From positions 24,738,001-24,802,000 of the forward strand of contig NC_043007.1 of the NCBI RefSeq assembly GCF_006345805.1: DNA of 64,000 nt, read 5' to 3'. A program made the translations under genes and the position numbers. Origin of the DNA: Octopus sinensis (Eukaryota). The notes under the pieces were generated by a model. The model was not told the DNA's origin. It saw only the letters and a program-made list of their open reading frames with translations, and made no database searches. How positions within the stretch are numbered: the stretch's first letter is position 1; each line of letters starts with the position of its first letter. Shown here piece by piece: positions 27,728-40,529 of this stretch.

Positions 27728-28117
27728 TTATATTAAATTAGAGACAAAACCACTATTAGGCAAATCATACAATGAAAAACTTAAGCCAATACATAAGATT
27801 ATTTAATTTATATTATTTAAATATATAACAAAATTATTAAAAAAATATAATTAATATAACACTATGATCGTTTCATGGCTGTTAATTTCTTTAAATTTTC
27901 GCCAAGATAAATATTTAAACCACCTGATGAATGACTGTAACTCGAAAATTTAAAGAAATTAACAGCCATGAAACAATTGTAGTGTTATATTAATTATATT
28001 TTTTTAATAATTTTGTTATATATTTAAATAATATAAATTAAATAATCTTATGTATTGGCTTAAGTTTTTCATTGTATGATTTGCCTAATAGTGGTTTTGT
28101 CTCTAATTTAATATAAT
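27728..28117. mobile_element. Fold-back element (about 170-bp inverted arms), probably Penelope-like terminal-repeat derived
   Basis: Near-perfect arms 27728-27900 and about 27942-28117, next to a (TA)n tract. The spacer holds CTGATGA. Its 3' tail recurs at 47660-47725. Confidence 0.75.
27920..27985 (+). ncRNA. Type I minimal hammerhead ribozyme motif, intact core, at the centre of a fold-back element
   Basis: cCAC CTGATGA ATGACTGT...ACAGCCAT GAA ACAATTGT A GTGt. Stem II 8 positions with one A-C mismatch, palindromic stem III, GUA site (cut 3' of A27981), stem I only 3 bp plus a mismatch. Confidence 0.7.
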
Positions 28118-28944
28118 ATAATATTTTACTATAAAATTGGATTCAATCCTAAATCTGATTTTTCCCTGTAAGTTTGGATTTATTCCCTAATATCTATTAT
28201 TATATATATATATATCTCCCTATTTCACTCTATATCTCTTATCTTTAGATGTTCAATGAATAATAAAGATCAATGAAATAAATATCAGACTGAAAGAAGG
28301 CCTGTCGTCAGAATGACAGACTAAAACCCTTGAGAGTGATGTTCCAGTATGGCCACAGTCCAATGGTTAAAGCCAAGAAAAGAATAAAAGAAATAAGGTA
28401 AAAATAAAAGAAAAATAGATTATCAGAAAAATAAATTTAAAAAATGGCCAAGAAATGCCAAAAGAAACTGTGAATCTTCAGCCTGTTTATTGGAAAGAAT
28501 CTCTTGTGGTCAGGGACAACATCCACTTTGTGTGTGTGTGTGTGCGCGCATGTGTGCGTGTGTGTATGTGTGCGTGTGTGTATGTGTTTGTGTGTGTGTG
28601 TGTATTTGTGTGCATTGTGTATATGTGTTCTGTGTGTGTGTATTTGTGTGCATTGTGTATATGTGTTCTGTGTGTGTGTGAGTGTATGTGATGAATTTAA
28701 TGTGGAGTAGTCTGTTGTACACATTACACCAGCAGACATTACAGACATACACAAACACACATGCACACACACAAACACACACACACACACACACACACAC
28801 CATCAGTAATTAGAACCTTGGTCTGTACAGAATCTGATGCCAATATTGGTCAAGAGGACAGCATTACTCTGATCTGAGAGGAACTGGAGTGTTGCTCTTA
28901 CACAAGAAGGATAGGGAGAAAGAGAGGAGAGAGATACAACAAGA

Positions 28945-28977
28945 CAGACAGATAGATAGATAGATAGATAGATAGAT

Positions 28978-29009
<32 letters not shown>

Positions 29010-29247
29010 CAGAGAGAGAGAGAAAAAGTGAAGTAGCTTCTCTAGACACATAGGAGGTGAAGTTAACATTACCAGTAAAAGAATCACAGGGAGGTAAAGA
29101 GTAGGAGAGAGAGAAAGAGAGGGAGACAATCAGACAGACAGAGAGAGAAAGAGGGGGAGAGAGACTTGTATGGAGAAAACGAAAAAGGGATAAGTTGAGA
29201 CAAAAAGAAAGATAGAGAGTGGGGTTGAGTAGCAAGACAGATAGATG

Positions 29248-29298
<51 letters not shown>

Positions 29299-29299
29299 T

Positions 29300-29340
<41 letters not shown>

Positions 29341-29385
29341 GTAGGTAGGTAGGTAAGTCGGTAGGTAGGTAGGTAGGTAGGTAGG

Positions 29386-29417
<32 letters not shown>

Positions 29418-29680
29418 CAGGAAGGAAGGAAGGAAGGAAGGAAGGAAAAAAGGAAGGAAAGAAGGAAGGAAGGAAGGAAGGAAGGCAGGAAGGAAAGAAG
29501 GAAGGAAGACAGACAGAAAGAAAGGAAGGACGGAAAAACGAAAGGTAAACAGAGACAGAAAGAAAGACAAGACAGACAGACAGACAGAAAGAAAGGCAGG
29601 AAGGAAAAAAGAGGGAAAAATTGACAGACAAAACGAGATAGATAGATAGACAGACAGACAGACAAACAGATAGGCAGACA
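28945..29680. repeat. Compound GATA/GGTA/GGAA/GACA microsatellite region
   Basis: Successive tetranucleotide runs; source of spurious long minus-strand ORFs. Confidence 0.9.
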
Positions 29681-29959
29681 GAAAGACAGAGATGAAATAA
29701 TTTGGCAAAGATAGCAACTAACTCTGGAATTAGAAGGTGACGGTGGGGACCCCAACAGAATAGGTTATTGCCTTGTTGGACTGCACTAGTGTTTGGGATG
29801 ATTTACTGATTTGGTGTAGATCTTCTTAACAAGAGAACATTGGCAGAATCTGTGGAGCAGAAGACAAAATGACTTCGTGGTATTTAGTTATTGAAACTAT
29901 GTTCTGATTTCAAATCACACTCAAGTTGGCTTTGCCTTTCATGTTTCAGCATTGAGAAA

Positions 29960-30430
29960 ATAAGAAGCAGTTATCGAAGCCATTCAGCGACGTGCAACCA
30001 AGAGAATACCCTCCATCAGACATTTGCCATATTCTGAACGCCTTACTTCCCTGGGCATGGATACATTGAAACTCCGACGTCTGGTAGCTGACTTGGCAGA
30101 CACCCATAAAATTATTAACCATCTTACCAACAATAATTCTGAGCACCTGTCTAACACCCATGGACATGTTTACAAAGTCAGAAAACAGCACAGCTCCCAT
30201 GACTTTCGGAAACATTTTTTCACACTAAGAGTTACTGAAGCATGGAACAGACTGCTGGCATCAGTTGTTAGTTGTCAGAGCACTGCATCCTTCAAAACTT
30301 CCATGCTTCCTGAGATTCGCCAACACTACACCTGATTTTCTCACCTCCATACATACACAAGCATATATCTGACTCATAAACTGTTCACTTTCCAGACATT
30401 TGTACATTACTGCATATGCTTTATTATCTT
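29960..30430 (+). mobile_element. CR1/L2-type LINE ORF2 C-terminus and 3' UTR
   Basis: LPYSERLTSLGMDTLKLRRLVADL...GHVYKVRKQ...RKHFFTLRVTEAWNRL..SVVS..S..SFK. Confidence 0.85.
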
Positions 30431-30744
30431 GCAACCTTTTCAATAGTCTTGACTATTGAAAAAGTTGCAAGACGCAACGAAAATTTTAGGAAAATAAAAA
30501 TAGGAAATAAGTGGAAAATTTTACAGGTGAGTGTGTTACATTATAAGGCACAAAAAGAAAATTACTCTCCCCAGACACAATAGAATATGCTTCAACACAC
30601 GAACTCATATAAAGAATCTTGCAAACCAAATCCAAAAACAAAATAAACTACCTATGTTAACTGAAAATTTCAAGAAATAAAATGGTAATACATTGTACCC
30701 GTAAAAGTTCTTTTAAAAATATTACATTGTACAGTAAACATGTA

Positions 30745-31168
30745 CCAGACTTTGTGAATTGTCTATGAAATCAATTGAACATGAACTTAGCTCTCAGCTT
30801 GATTATTCTGAACCAATCAATGATTTCGCAAAGCGAAAAGTGTGCAAGGTTTGTCTTTAAAAGTTGTCTGGATTATAAAAGTGCTCTTTTATTCATATCT
30901 GGAACTTTCACTTATTGAAATTTGTAATAGTACTAAATAAGTTTAGCTTGTACTTTTAAAAATGTTCTTTAGGATAACATGAAAAATTGAACTTCAGACA
31001 GAATGAAGTAAAATATAGCTATGAATAAAAGGTGCATAGATAAGGAATTTTGATTGAAGGGATGGGGCCTCGAAACAAAAAATTGCATGGGGCCTCAAAA
31101 CAAAAAATTGCATGGGGCCTCAAAACAAAAAATTGCACGGGGCCTCTAAAAGTCACATGACAGAGCTG
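30745..31168 (+). mobile_element. hAT transposon 3' remnant with subterminal 25-bp repeats
   Basis: SMKSIEHELSSQLDYSEPINDFAKRKVCKVCL* resembles the hAT dimerisation-domain end; ggggcctcaaaacaaaaaattgcat x3 plus a partial copy at 31064-31145. Confidence 0.6.
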
Positions 31169-31631
31169 GTTGTAGAGGTGAGTAAAAGACATCATCAACA
31201 ACTACCAGCTGGTGTTGATTGATGATGTCTTCCTGATGATGTTGGCAGTGTTCTTAGAGAAATTCTGCTGCAGCATAGATGCAGTTAAAACACTAAGGAC
31301 TTCTTTGTGTGAAAAATGTGGAAGCTTGATTTGCCTTTCTGGTTGTCCTGAAATATCTCATGATCAGGGCTGAAAGAAGCTCACCGAAAATGATAAACAT
31401 TGGCTGTCTTTGCAGCTCATATCAGAACTGAAAGAAAGTGACCGTCACCAACATTGACAGAAAGTAACACTCTTTAATCCTTTATCATTCAGATTATTCT
31501 ATCAAATGTAATGCTTATTTATCCATATCCTTTTCAGTTAATCATGCATAATCTCAAAGCTCCAAGATTTCAATGATATGCTCACTTTTTTTTTTTAGAA
31601 TGATATTATACTAAAGGTAGGTGTGATATAC

Positions 31632-31864
31632 CAAAGGCGGCGAGCTGGCAGAATCGTTAGCACGCTGGCTGAAATGCTTAGCAGTATTTTGGTTGCCGTT
31701 ACGTTCTGAGTTCAAATTCCGTCGAGGTCAACTTTGCCTTTCATCCTTTCGGGGTCGATAAATTAAGTACCAGTTACACACTGGGGTCAATGTAATCGAC
31801 TTGATCCGTTTGTCTGTCCTTGTTTGTCCCCTTTGTGTTTAGCCCCTTGTGGGTAGTAAAGAAA
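31632..31864 (+). mobile_element. SINE family C with 14-bp TSD
   Basis: TSD taggtgtgatatac at 31618-31631 and 31865-31878. Other copies at about 16713-16950, 51980-52196(-), 43550-43760, and degenerate ones at 15040-15470 and 25140-25940. Confidence 0.85.
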
Positions 31865-31954
31865 TAGGTGTGATATACTAGGATGGGCAGTTTTAACATA
31901 AAACAAGTAGATTAGTTGGGCTGGATATGACCAGTTTAGACACTAAAGGGCTAA

Positions 31955-32390
31955 GACTGACATTAATACTGACAGTATGTGGCTCTCTTTAAGACTCACA
32001 TTGATAGTAACAGAGACTAACTGACTTTAAGACTGACATGAGCAGTGGCAGATAATGACTGTCTTTAAGACTGGCATAGCATTGTCAGAGTGTCCATCTT
32101 TAAGACTGACATCCTCATTGACAAAGATTGACTGTCTTTAAAAGTGACATCAAGAATGACAGAAACTGACTGTCTTTAGGATTGTCACCAACAGTGACAG
32201 AGATGGACTGTCTTTAAGAATGACATGAATATTGATAAAGGTTGAGTAAACGACATCAACACTGACAGTCTTTAAGATTGACACTATGATTGACAAAGAT
32301 TGATTAACTAACAAAGAGTGGCTTTAAGAGTCATAGCATCATTGATAGAAAGTAAATGTCTTTAACACTGACATCAACTATTACATTTTT
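31955..32390. repeat. Degenerate minisatellite, unit about 36-38 bp
   Basis: Recurring tctttaagactgacat...gacagagactgactg, about 10 copies. Confidence 0.75.
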
Positions 32391-33253
32391 TTTTAAAGTA
32401 AAACAAAAATAAACTGGATAGACGACAGAACAAAGAGATAACTGATGCGACACATGAAGACACACAAAGACACACAGATAGGCTAAATCACAGAAACACA
32501 TACAAACAAACACAAAACACATATACACACAAACACAGGAAAACATACAGACACAAATAGTAATATATCTTAAGAACAGAAGGCGCTAAATAATTTAATT
32601 ATCCTTGGATGAGATGAAAGATAAAAGGAAGAAAAAATAAATTCCGATACTGTCTCATATAATTTAAAAGTATCGACAACAACAACGTCAACGACAACAA
32701 CGACAACGACAACAACAACAGACATTAATTCATGAGAAAAATATTCCAGCTCGCACTTTGGCAAAGCTAGCAACACGTGACAAAAGATGGTTGTCAGCAA
32801 CAAAAGACATTAAGATTTAATGTTTGCAAAATGAAAATTAATCCTGGAAGGACTTCAAATGTGTTTTTGAAAGACTTGAAGCATGCAAAGTGGTTGAATG
32901 GTTAAGTTAGGTGCAAGTTCTTCAGTTTATTTTAGCAATGATAACCAACACTGTGCTGGAGCAAGATCTTCAGGTATATGGTCTTTTACTTTTTTTACTG
33001 GCTGCACTCAATGGAATATGGCCATGCTGAGGGAACCACCTCCGGAGGCTAGAGTTAATTATATACATTTAATAAGAGAGGAAAGTCTAAATTGGTCTGG
33101 TTATAAAAGGTCAAAATCAGATGGAGTCAAAAATCAATAGTTTAGAATACTGATTCTGTTTGTAAAATGCTGATGCATGTATGTATCTGTCTGTTTATCT
33201 ATGTCTGTCTGTCCGTCTGTCCACTCATCCATCCATCAACACACACACATATA

Positions 33254-34500
33254 CAGTAGCCCCCCCAGTATTCGGGGGGTTACGTTCCTAGAGAATCTGC
33301 GAATAGCGTAAAATCACGAATATTGGACATGGCCCCCCAAAATGACTATATATGTTAAAATATAATGTAAAATATTATAAATATATATGTGTATATATAT
33401 ATATACATGTGTGTGTGTATGTGTGTGTGTATATACACACACACACACACACACACACAGGTAGTGTTGGCAGGGAGGAACTTGACTTGAACTCCCTCGT
33501 GATTCAAATCCAAAGGATGACCACCAGCATTATCCATAACAAGCAACACCTTGAATTCCATGCAAACATTTTGGAGGTCTTCCTTAGCTTGAAGGATGAA
33601 GCATTGGTGAAACCAAATCAAAGTTAGACCTTTGGTAATCTAGGCCTTGAGATTGTGCATCCAGTGGACAGGCAGCAGGTTTTTATCTTAATTTTGAAGA
33701 CTCTCAGGTTTGCAACTTATAGTCCTGGTTTCATCATGAAGTCAGCAGCATTGCCACACATAATTAACATCACTCTGTCCTTCTGTGCCTTAAATCCTGG
33801 GGATCTGGCTTCATCCTTCATGGCGTACGTTCTGGAGGGCATTTTCTTCCAGAACAAGCCAGTCTCATCCATACTGAAAACCTGTTCCGGCTTGTATCTC
33901 TTGCCCTTGATGATCTGCCTGAAGGCCTTGAGGTACTTCGCGGTGGCTTCTTTGTCGGCTGATGCTGTCTCTCCATGCAGGGAACACACTTTATTTTAAA
34001 CCATTTCTGGAAACAGTCAAACCATCCCTTGCTGCTTTGAAAATCTTCGGGTTCTGGTGCTGTCAATGGTCTTGTTTGCAGTTCTTCCATGCCTTCCGCT
34101 CTGTCTCCTCTGTCAAACTGCTGGTATAAATTCTGTGCTTTTTCATGTATGATGATACTGATCAAGAGGATTTTTTTCTTCTTGCAGTCACTAATCCACA
34201 ATGTCAAGGCAGATTCCATCTTGGCGAAGTGCTTATTTCTCACTATCCTTATCTTTTTGGCCCTTTCATAGAAACTTACTGCTGCAGTAGTCCTGATCGC
34301 TAACTCCTTCTTCTTTATGTAACATATGGTGCTTTCTTCAACAACATAATAGTGACAGCATGACTTTTACCTTCCCAGAAAATATCCAACTGTTGTGCCT
34401 TCTTATGTAGCGTCATAACCATTTTCTTGTGCTTAGGTTCACTGCCAGAAGCCTTAGAAGGTGTAGAGCATTTGGGCAGCATCTTAGGGCTTTAATAACA
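33254..34500 (-). mobile_element. pogo/Tigger-like DNA transposon, decayed transposase
   Basis: ATG at 34482; CENPB-type HTH (KMESALTLWISDC, SSKGWF); DDE motifs VFSMDETGLFWKKMPSRT and LLVMDNAGGHP...FLPANTT; frameshifts; C-terminus replaced by (CA)n/(TA)n; TA-CAGTAGCCCCCC TIR-like end at 33254. Confidence 0.88.
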
Positions 34501-34700
34501 TGCTGCGAAAAACACAGCACTCAACAAAATACTGGAGATAGCTAGTGGATGTAACTTTTCCTTAAAGAACCTACAAAATCTTCATTGTGTGTCTAATATG
34601 CATACCACCAATGGAAGATAGAAGAGAGGTTAAAAATAGTCATGGTTTTGGAGAATTTAGTTTGTATTACTACTAGATACAGTAATCTATACTATAATTA

Positions 34701-34745
<45 letters not shown>

Positions 34746-34962
34746 AGTAAGTAACCTAATTTCAATGAGGCTATATTGGCTCATGACCTTAGAAATTAAC
34801 CTGTTGAAATAAACAATGTGTATGATCAAATGTAGCGATGATTTAAAAAAAAGCGTTGGTATAAAATTAGTGTTCAGTCTCGTGTTGTATATATATTTGA
34901 TCTGTCATCCCTAGCCCAAGTAATACTGGTGTGATACACTGTGTATATATATATATTCATAT

Positions 34963-35090
34963 ACATTTGTTATTGGATCAACAAAGTTTTCAGAATGGTT
35001 CACCTTGAAATGGGTGTATTTTGGTGTCACATCCATTTCAGTAATACCATTGTATGCACCCCAACAATCAGAATATATGGTCGTACCACC
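34963..35090 (-). mobile_element. Merlin / IS1595 (ISXO2)-like transposase fragment
   Basis: GTTIYSDCWGAYNGI...YTHFKVNHSENFVDPITN matches the I.SD.W.AY and H..VNHS.NFVDP.T motifs. Confidence 0.75.
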
Positions 35091-35771
35091 TGACAGGCCC
35101 TCGTGCCGGTGGCACGTAAAAGTACACTCAACACTCGGAGTGGTTGGCATTTGGAAGGGCATCCAGCTGTAGAAACTCTGCCAGATCAAGATTGGAGCCT
35201 GGCGCAGCCATCTGGTTCACCAGTCCTCAGTCAAATCGTCCAACCCATGCTAGCATGGAAAGCGGACGTTAAACAATGATGATGATGATATAATGTATAT
35301 ATATATATATATATATATCATCACCAGCCATGCCTATCCCAGAGAAACTGTGAATAGAGATAGCTCTCCTCCAGGATAGGACACCAGTCTATCACAGGTA
35401 ACTTCTTCACTATGATCTGGTGGTGGTATTTATTCCTACTGACAACGAGGTGAATGTGATAATGTAGAATTAAGTGTTCTTGCTACAAAGACATTCAGAT
35501 AAAGAGATAAATCTTTCAATAGGTAGGACACCCTTACTTCACGAGGAATTAATGTGTGTGAGGGTGAGGTGTGTGTGTGTATGTATACATGTAAGGGTGT
35601 GTATGTATACTTTCAAACATACACATACATAAACTCAAACTTGCATACATACATATACAGACACAAATACACATGTATGTATATATAGATATATTCACAG
35701 ACACATATAAATACATACACAAACACACACACATATATACATATATCTATACATAGATGTCATTTATGTAT

Positions 35772-35815
<44 letters not shown>

Positions 35816-35957
35816 GTATATGAGTCTGTGTGGTGTGTGTGTGTAAATATATATACACACGCACATATATACATATGTACATATGTAAGATGATGGAGGT
35901 ATGAGTGTGTACATATGCGTATGTAGAAGGTATGGGCATGTATATGTGTGTGTTTAT

Positions 35958-35990
<33 letters not shown>

Positions 35991-36153
35991 GTGAGGGGAA
36001 AGACGACATATTCTAACTCCAGCAGAATAACGGTGATAAAACTAAATCCGCTCTGATATTTAAAGTCTGGTGTTCTTGCTGTTTGTATTGTTTTGTGAAA
36101 TATTGGAACTGGCAGCAAGATTATTGATAATGTCTATAAAATTTAAAACACAA

Positions 36154-36184
<31 letters not shown>

Positions 36185-36392
36185 AATAATACTTTCAAAC
36201 ATACACATACATAAAATCAAACTTGCATACATACACATACAGACACAAATACACATGTATATAGACACATATAAATACATACACACACACATATATACAT
36301 ACACACACACACACATACACACATATATACATACACACACACACACACATATATACATACACACACACACACATATATACATACACACACAA

Positions 36393-36441
<49 letters not shown>

Positions 36442-36927
36442 TGTATATATATATACATACATATATCTATACATAAATATATTTATGTATACACACACAC
36501 ATATGTATATATATGAATGTATATGTATACATATGTGTGTGTGTGTGTGTGGAAATATATATACACGCAGACACATATATACATATGCACATTTACATAT
36601 CCAAACACATACACTCTAATAAACACCCATACAAACATGGACACATGTACAGTCAGTTTCTTACACCCACTGCCATTACACATATATGCACGAAGTAATA
36701 CAATTATGCTTTGGTTTCCCATTGTGGACAAAGATCTTGGTAAAAAAAACGAAAAAAAAAAACCAACAGAAAACATGACATAAAGAAGTAAAAAACAATA
36801 TAAAAATCAAAATCAAGGAATAGAAAAAAAACAATAGAGAGAGGAAGAAGAGAAAGGAGAGGAAGGAGACAATAATAATATCAAGTCAATGAATGTCAGA
36901 AATGGTAACTCTTTTGAAGAGGAGATG

Positions 36928-36998
<71 letters not shown>

Positions 36999-37006
36999 TA
37001 ATATTG

Positions 37007-37053
<47 letters not shown>
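36928..37053. repeat. (AAT)n trinucleotide array
   Basis: Direct reading. Confidence 0.95.
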
Positions 37054-37057
<4 letters not shown>

Positions 37058-37911
37058 TCTATTACAGCCACAAAGTTTTGAAATTTTAAGGGAGGAGATG
37101 GTCAATTTCGTTGACCTCAGTGCTCAACTAGTACATATTTTATTAACTCGGAAAGGATGAAAGGCAAAGCTGGCCACAGCAGTATTTGAACTCAGTATAT
37201 AAAGACAAACAAAATGCTTTGTGGCATGTTAACAATTCACCTCCCCTCCCCTACTCCTCACCCACCACCACTACCACAAGCATTGGCTCTCATGGCTTCT
37301 GATCTTAACTGATTGGAAGTGTTATCATGTACATTGTTTTGTCTTGGTAATAAAGATGGGCGACAGCAAATATTCTGCTCAATACCACAGATCTGCATGT
37401 CAGTTGTTTGACTTTAACCACTTGAGCATGTCCCTTGGTGCATTTCTGATCATGAGCAGAATTAGTGAAGGAGCATCATAGCCATGTGTTGAGAGGAATT
37501 CTTTGGGGTTTGAATAATTCACCTCTGGAAATATGAGTGTTTTGTTCATCATCCTTAAACAAACCTTATTCAGGGACCTTTTGAGCAGAATGGGTTACTC
37601 GACCAGAAGAAAATTCTAACTGGGCCCCACCTGCAAAGTCATATGCTGTTTATCTTGATATGAGATCACCATGTCGTGCACAAATGGTTGTGATGCATGT
37701 GCCTGGTGTACCTTTATCAGACGAGTAGTCATGATGGGTATATTGGGCTTCATATATTTTACCCCAGTGTCACTTTGATGGCATGCACTGCTTTCTCACT
37801 CAATAATAATAAACTTTTGTTTCTTTTTCCTTGTATCAATTTATGTCTTTTGACCATAAAACCACTAACCATGTTTAAACTCTCCACTCTACCTTGCTTT
37901 ATTCATACATA

Positions 37912-38752
37912 ATATAAAAACCCATGTAATTTTTGCACCTGTGTAATTTACACAGGTGATTTTTCAGGATAAAAATTGTTAAAGAAAATCTTCTACTCAT
38001 GTAAAATTTGCACCCAAAAGTTTTCAGAATTGCTGATATGGCCAGCGGGGAAAAGGTTTTCAATTTAGTTGTATTTAGCATAATTTCACTTACTTATGAT
38101 AAGATTTTATTAAATTTTAATGAAATAAAAATAATTTCTGTTTAACAGGTATCACATTAAAAGCTATTGGATTTTAAAGTGTTTGTGTTGTTTATAAAAA
38201 ACTTTATTTTACATTTCTTGCTCACAAGAGATTATGTCCGATCTTTATGTCTGCTGTATGTCTTCAAAAACCATAATCACAGGAAAAGTTGTCGATAAGA
38301 ATTATCAACAAAAACAAAGCTGATAAATACACACAGGTGTTGCAAATTAAGTTTAATTACCAATAAATATCAGCTTGGATGACAATTTACTCAAGTGAGT
38401 AGAATATGGCCCAGACCTTGATTACCAGCATGAATGCCAGACTTGAAAAAGTAGTTAACCATTTAATGGTTTTAGTAAATTTATACAGAAAAAGTAAGCA
38501 CTATACTGTCCAGCATAAATAAAAGTCAACTTCATTATATTTAAGCCCTTGTTTTTTCTGTAAAAACCTATTCTGACATTAAATGAGTCAACTTCCGGTA
38601 CAAATGTTTATGTTTTGTATATCTTTTTTCAGCAAAAAAATTTTCTAAACTAATTCTGGAAATGATCTCCTCATGTAATTTACACACCCCTAGAGTTCAT
38701 TTTTATTTTTGTGAAAAAAGAAAAAATGCATATATTACATGGGTTTTTACAG
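37912..38752. mobile_element. Non-autonomous TIR element (Tc1/mariner superfamily-like)
   Basis: Terminal inverted repeat aaaaacccatgtaat..tgca / tgca..attacatgggtttttacagta; subterminal tgtaatttacac at both ends; no ORF. Confidence 0.55.
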
Positions 38753-39724
38753 TACATTTCCCCCCCCCCACAACCAAAAACATTTCTTCACCCTTCACCC
38801 TCAAATTTCTTTTCTCTTCAAATGCCAGTCCCACTATTGAAGTCTGTGAATAAGCTAAAACTACTATAATATCCACCACTGACCCATCTAATTCCTCCTT
38901 TCTCTCACTCCCCTATACTCTTTTAATTTTTCAGTCATTTGACTGCGGCCATGCTGGAGCACCGCCTTTAATCAAGCAACTCGACCCTGGGACTTATTCT
39001 TTGTAAGCCCAGTACTTATTCTATTGGTCTCTTTTTGCCAAACCGCTAAGTGATGGGGACATAAACACACCAGCATTGGTTGTCAAGCAATGCTAGGGGA
39101 ACAAACACAGACACACACATATATATATATACATATATACGACGGGCTTCTTTCAGTTTCCGTCTACCAAATCCACTCACAAGGCTTTGGTCGGCCCGAG
39201 GTTATAGTAGAAGACACTTGCCCAAGGTGCCACACAGTGGGACTGAACCCAGGACCATGTGGTTGGTAAACAAGCTACTTACCACACAGCCACTCCTGCG
39301 CCTATATTATATTTTATTTTTATTCTATTTATCTATCTTCCTCTTCTTTCTTCTATTACTTATTTCTCCCCTCATTTATATACCTCTCACATACTGTGCC
39401 CTCCACACATTCTGATTGAATCATCGTTGCATCAACATGTACCTTTTTGTGAGAATGTAGCCTTTAATCTAATCAAGGTATTCTTGGCCTGAAGAGTAGT
39501 CAGCGGTATACACTTCACTCGGATTTTACCACTTCTGAAGTTCCACTCACTATGAAATACATGTAGCCTGGATTTCCCATACTCCATTCTGTAACTCTTG
39601 TATGTATATAATTGCTATATATATATATATAGATATATATAATTGTTAAACAGAACAGCAAACATTAAGGCAAAGCAAAGTCCACAAGTCATATTCAGTA
39701 TTACTATAGCAAGAAATTCAAAAT

Positions 39725-39778
39725 CTCACACCTGTTTCTGGGATATCTCCAAGTATGGGATATTCCATCATCAGAGGC
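39725..39778 (-). ncRNA. Hammerhead ribozyme motif with G at the cleavage position (predicted inactive)
   Basis: Minus strand: gcct CTGATGA TGGAATATC ccatacttgga GATATCCCA GAA ACAGGTGT G AGA. 9-position stem II with one mismatch, near-palindromic stem III, N17=G. Confidence 0.6.
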
Positions 39779-39844
39779 AAATGGGGGAAAAAAATAGGAA
39801 AAATAAGAATGGTATATATTAATAATATAATAATATTGTATACG

Positions 39845-40138
39845 GTGGAGGCACATGGCCTAGTGGTTAGAGCAGTGGACTCATGGTCGAGGGATCGCGG
39901 GTTTGAATCCTAGACCGGGTGATGTGTGTGTTTATGAGTGAAACACCTAAGCTCCACATGGCTCTGGCAGAAGGTAATGACAAACTTCTGCTGACTCTTT
40001 CACTACACCTTACTCTCACTCTTTCCTCCTGCATCTTGCAGCTCACCTGCGACAGACCGGTGTCCCGTCCAGATGGAGAACCTATACACCAAGGAAACCG
40101 GCCCTTATGAGCCAGGCATGGCTCAAGAAGGAACAAAC
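39845..40138 (+). mobile_element. tRNA-derived SINE, family A head with a different body, 13-bp TSD
   Basis: TSD aatattgtatacg at 39832-39844 and 40139-40151; tail aggaacaaac. Confidence 0.8.
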
Positions 40139-40529
40139 AATATTGTATACGACTTGAGATGTTTGCCTTGCCCTAAAGCTTGCTGTCCTCTTTAACAATT
40201 ATATATCTGCTGCATTGGAAATCCGCAATGGCTCCATAACTACTGTCTTGGCTACAACCTTGAAGCTTTTGTAATCCGTTACAACACTTACCTAGCGTAC
40301 CTAATCATTTAGATCATCTGTGAACTAAACCCCCATACTTTATACTCACACACACACATATATATGCATTTTTTACTTAATCACTTTGAGTGTACTTTTT
40401 CAGAAATTACAGTAAACTAAGTATTAATTTTTACATTCTAATGAGTTTCTTTCTCTTTCTTGGCTGATTACTTATTACCAGAGTGGTTAAATCTGTTTTG
40501 ATTTTCCCTTTTAAAATGAGTTTGGATCA

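Noticed and set aside
28864-29755. Long minus-strand ORFs of 195-255 aa
   Set aside because: Translations of GATA/GGAA/GGTA microsatellites.
31234-31275. CTGATGA...GAAA next to a small hairpin
   Set aside because: Stems I-III do not pair.
31955-32390. CRISPR-like repeat-spacer array
   Set aside because: Eukaryotic context, variable repeats, mutually homologous spacers, no cas genes.
34686-34706. Helitron-like 5' start tctatactataattataaaag
   Set aside because: Followed by (GA)n with no matching hairpin or CTAG end.
39486-39530. CTGAAGA in a repeat shared with 53860-54460(-)
   Set aside because: No GAAA or stem III downstream in either copy.
40286-40340. Strong minus-strand donor AG|GTAAGT as a possible dynein exon end
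   Set aside because: All three upstream frames have nearby stops and show no dynein similarity.
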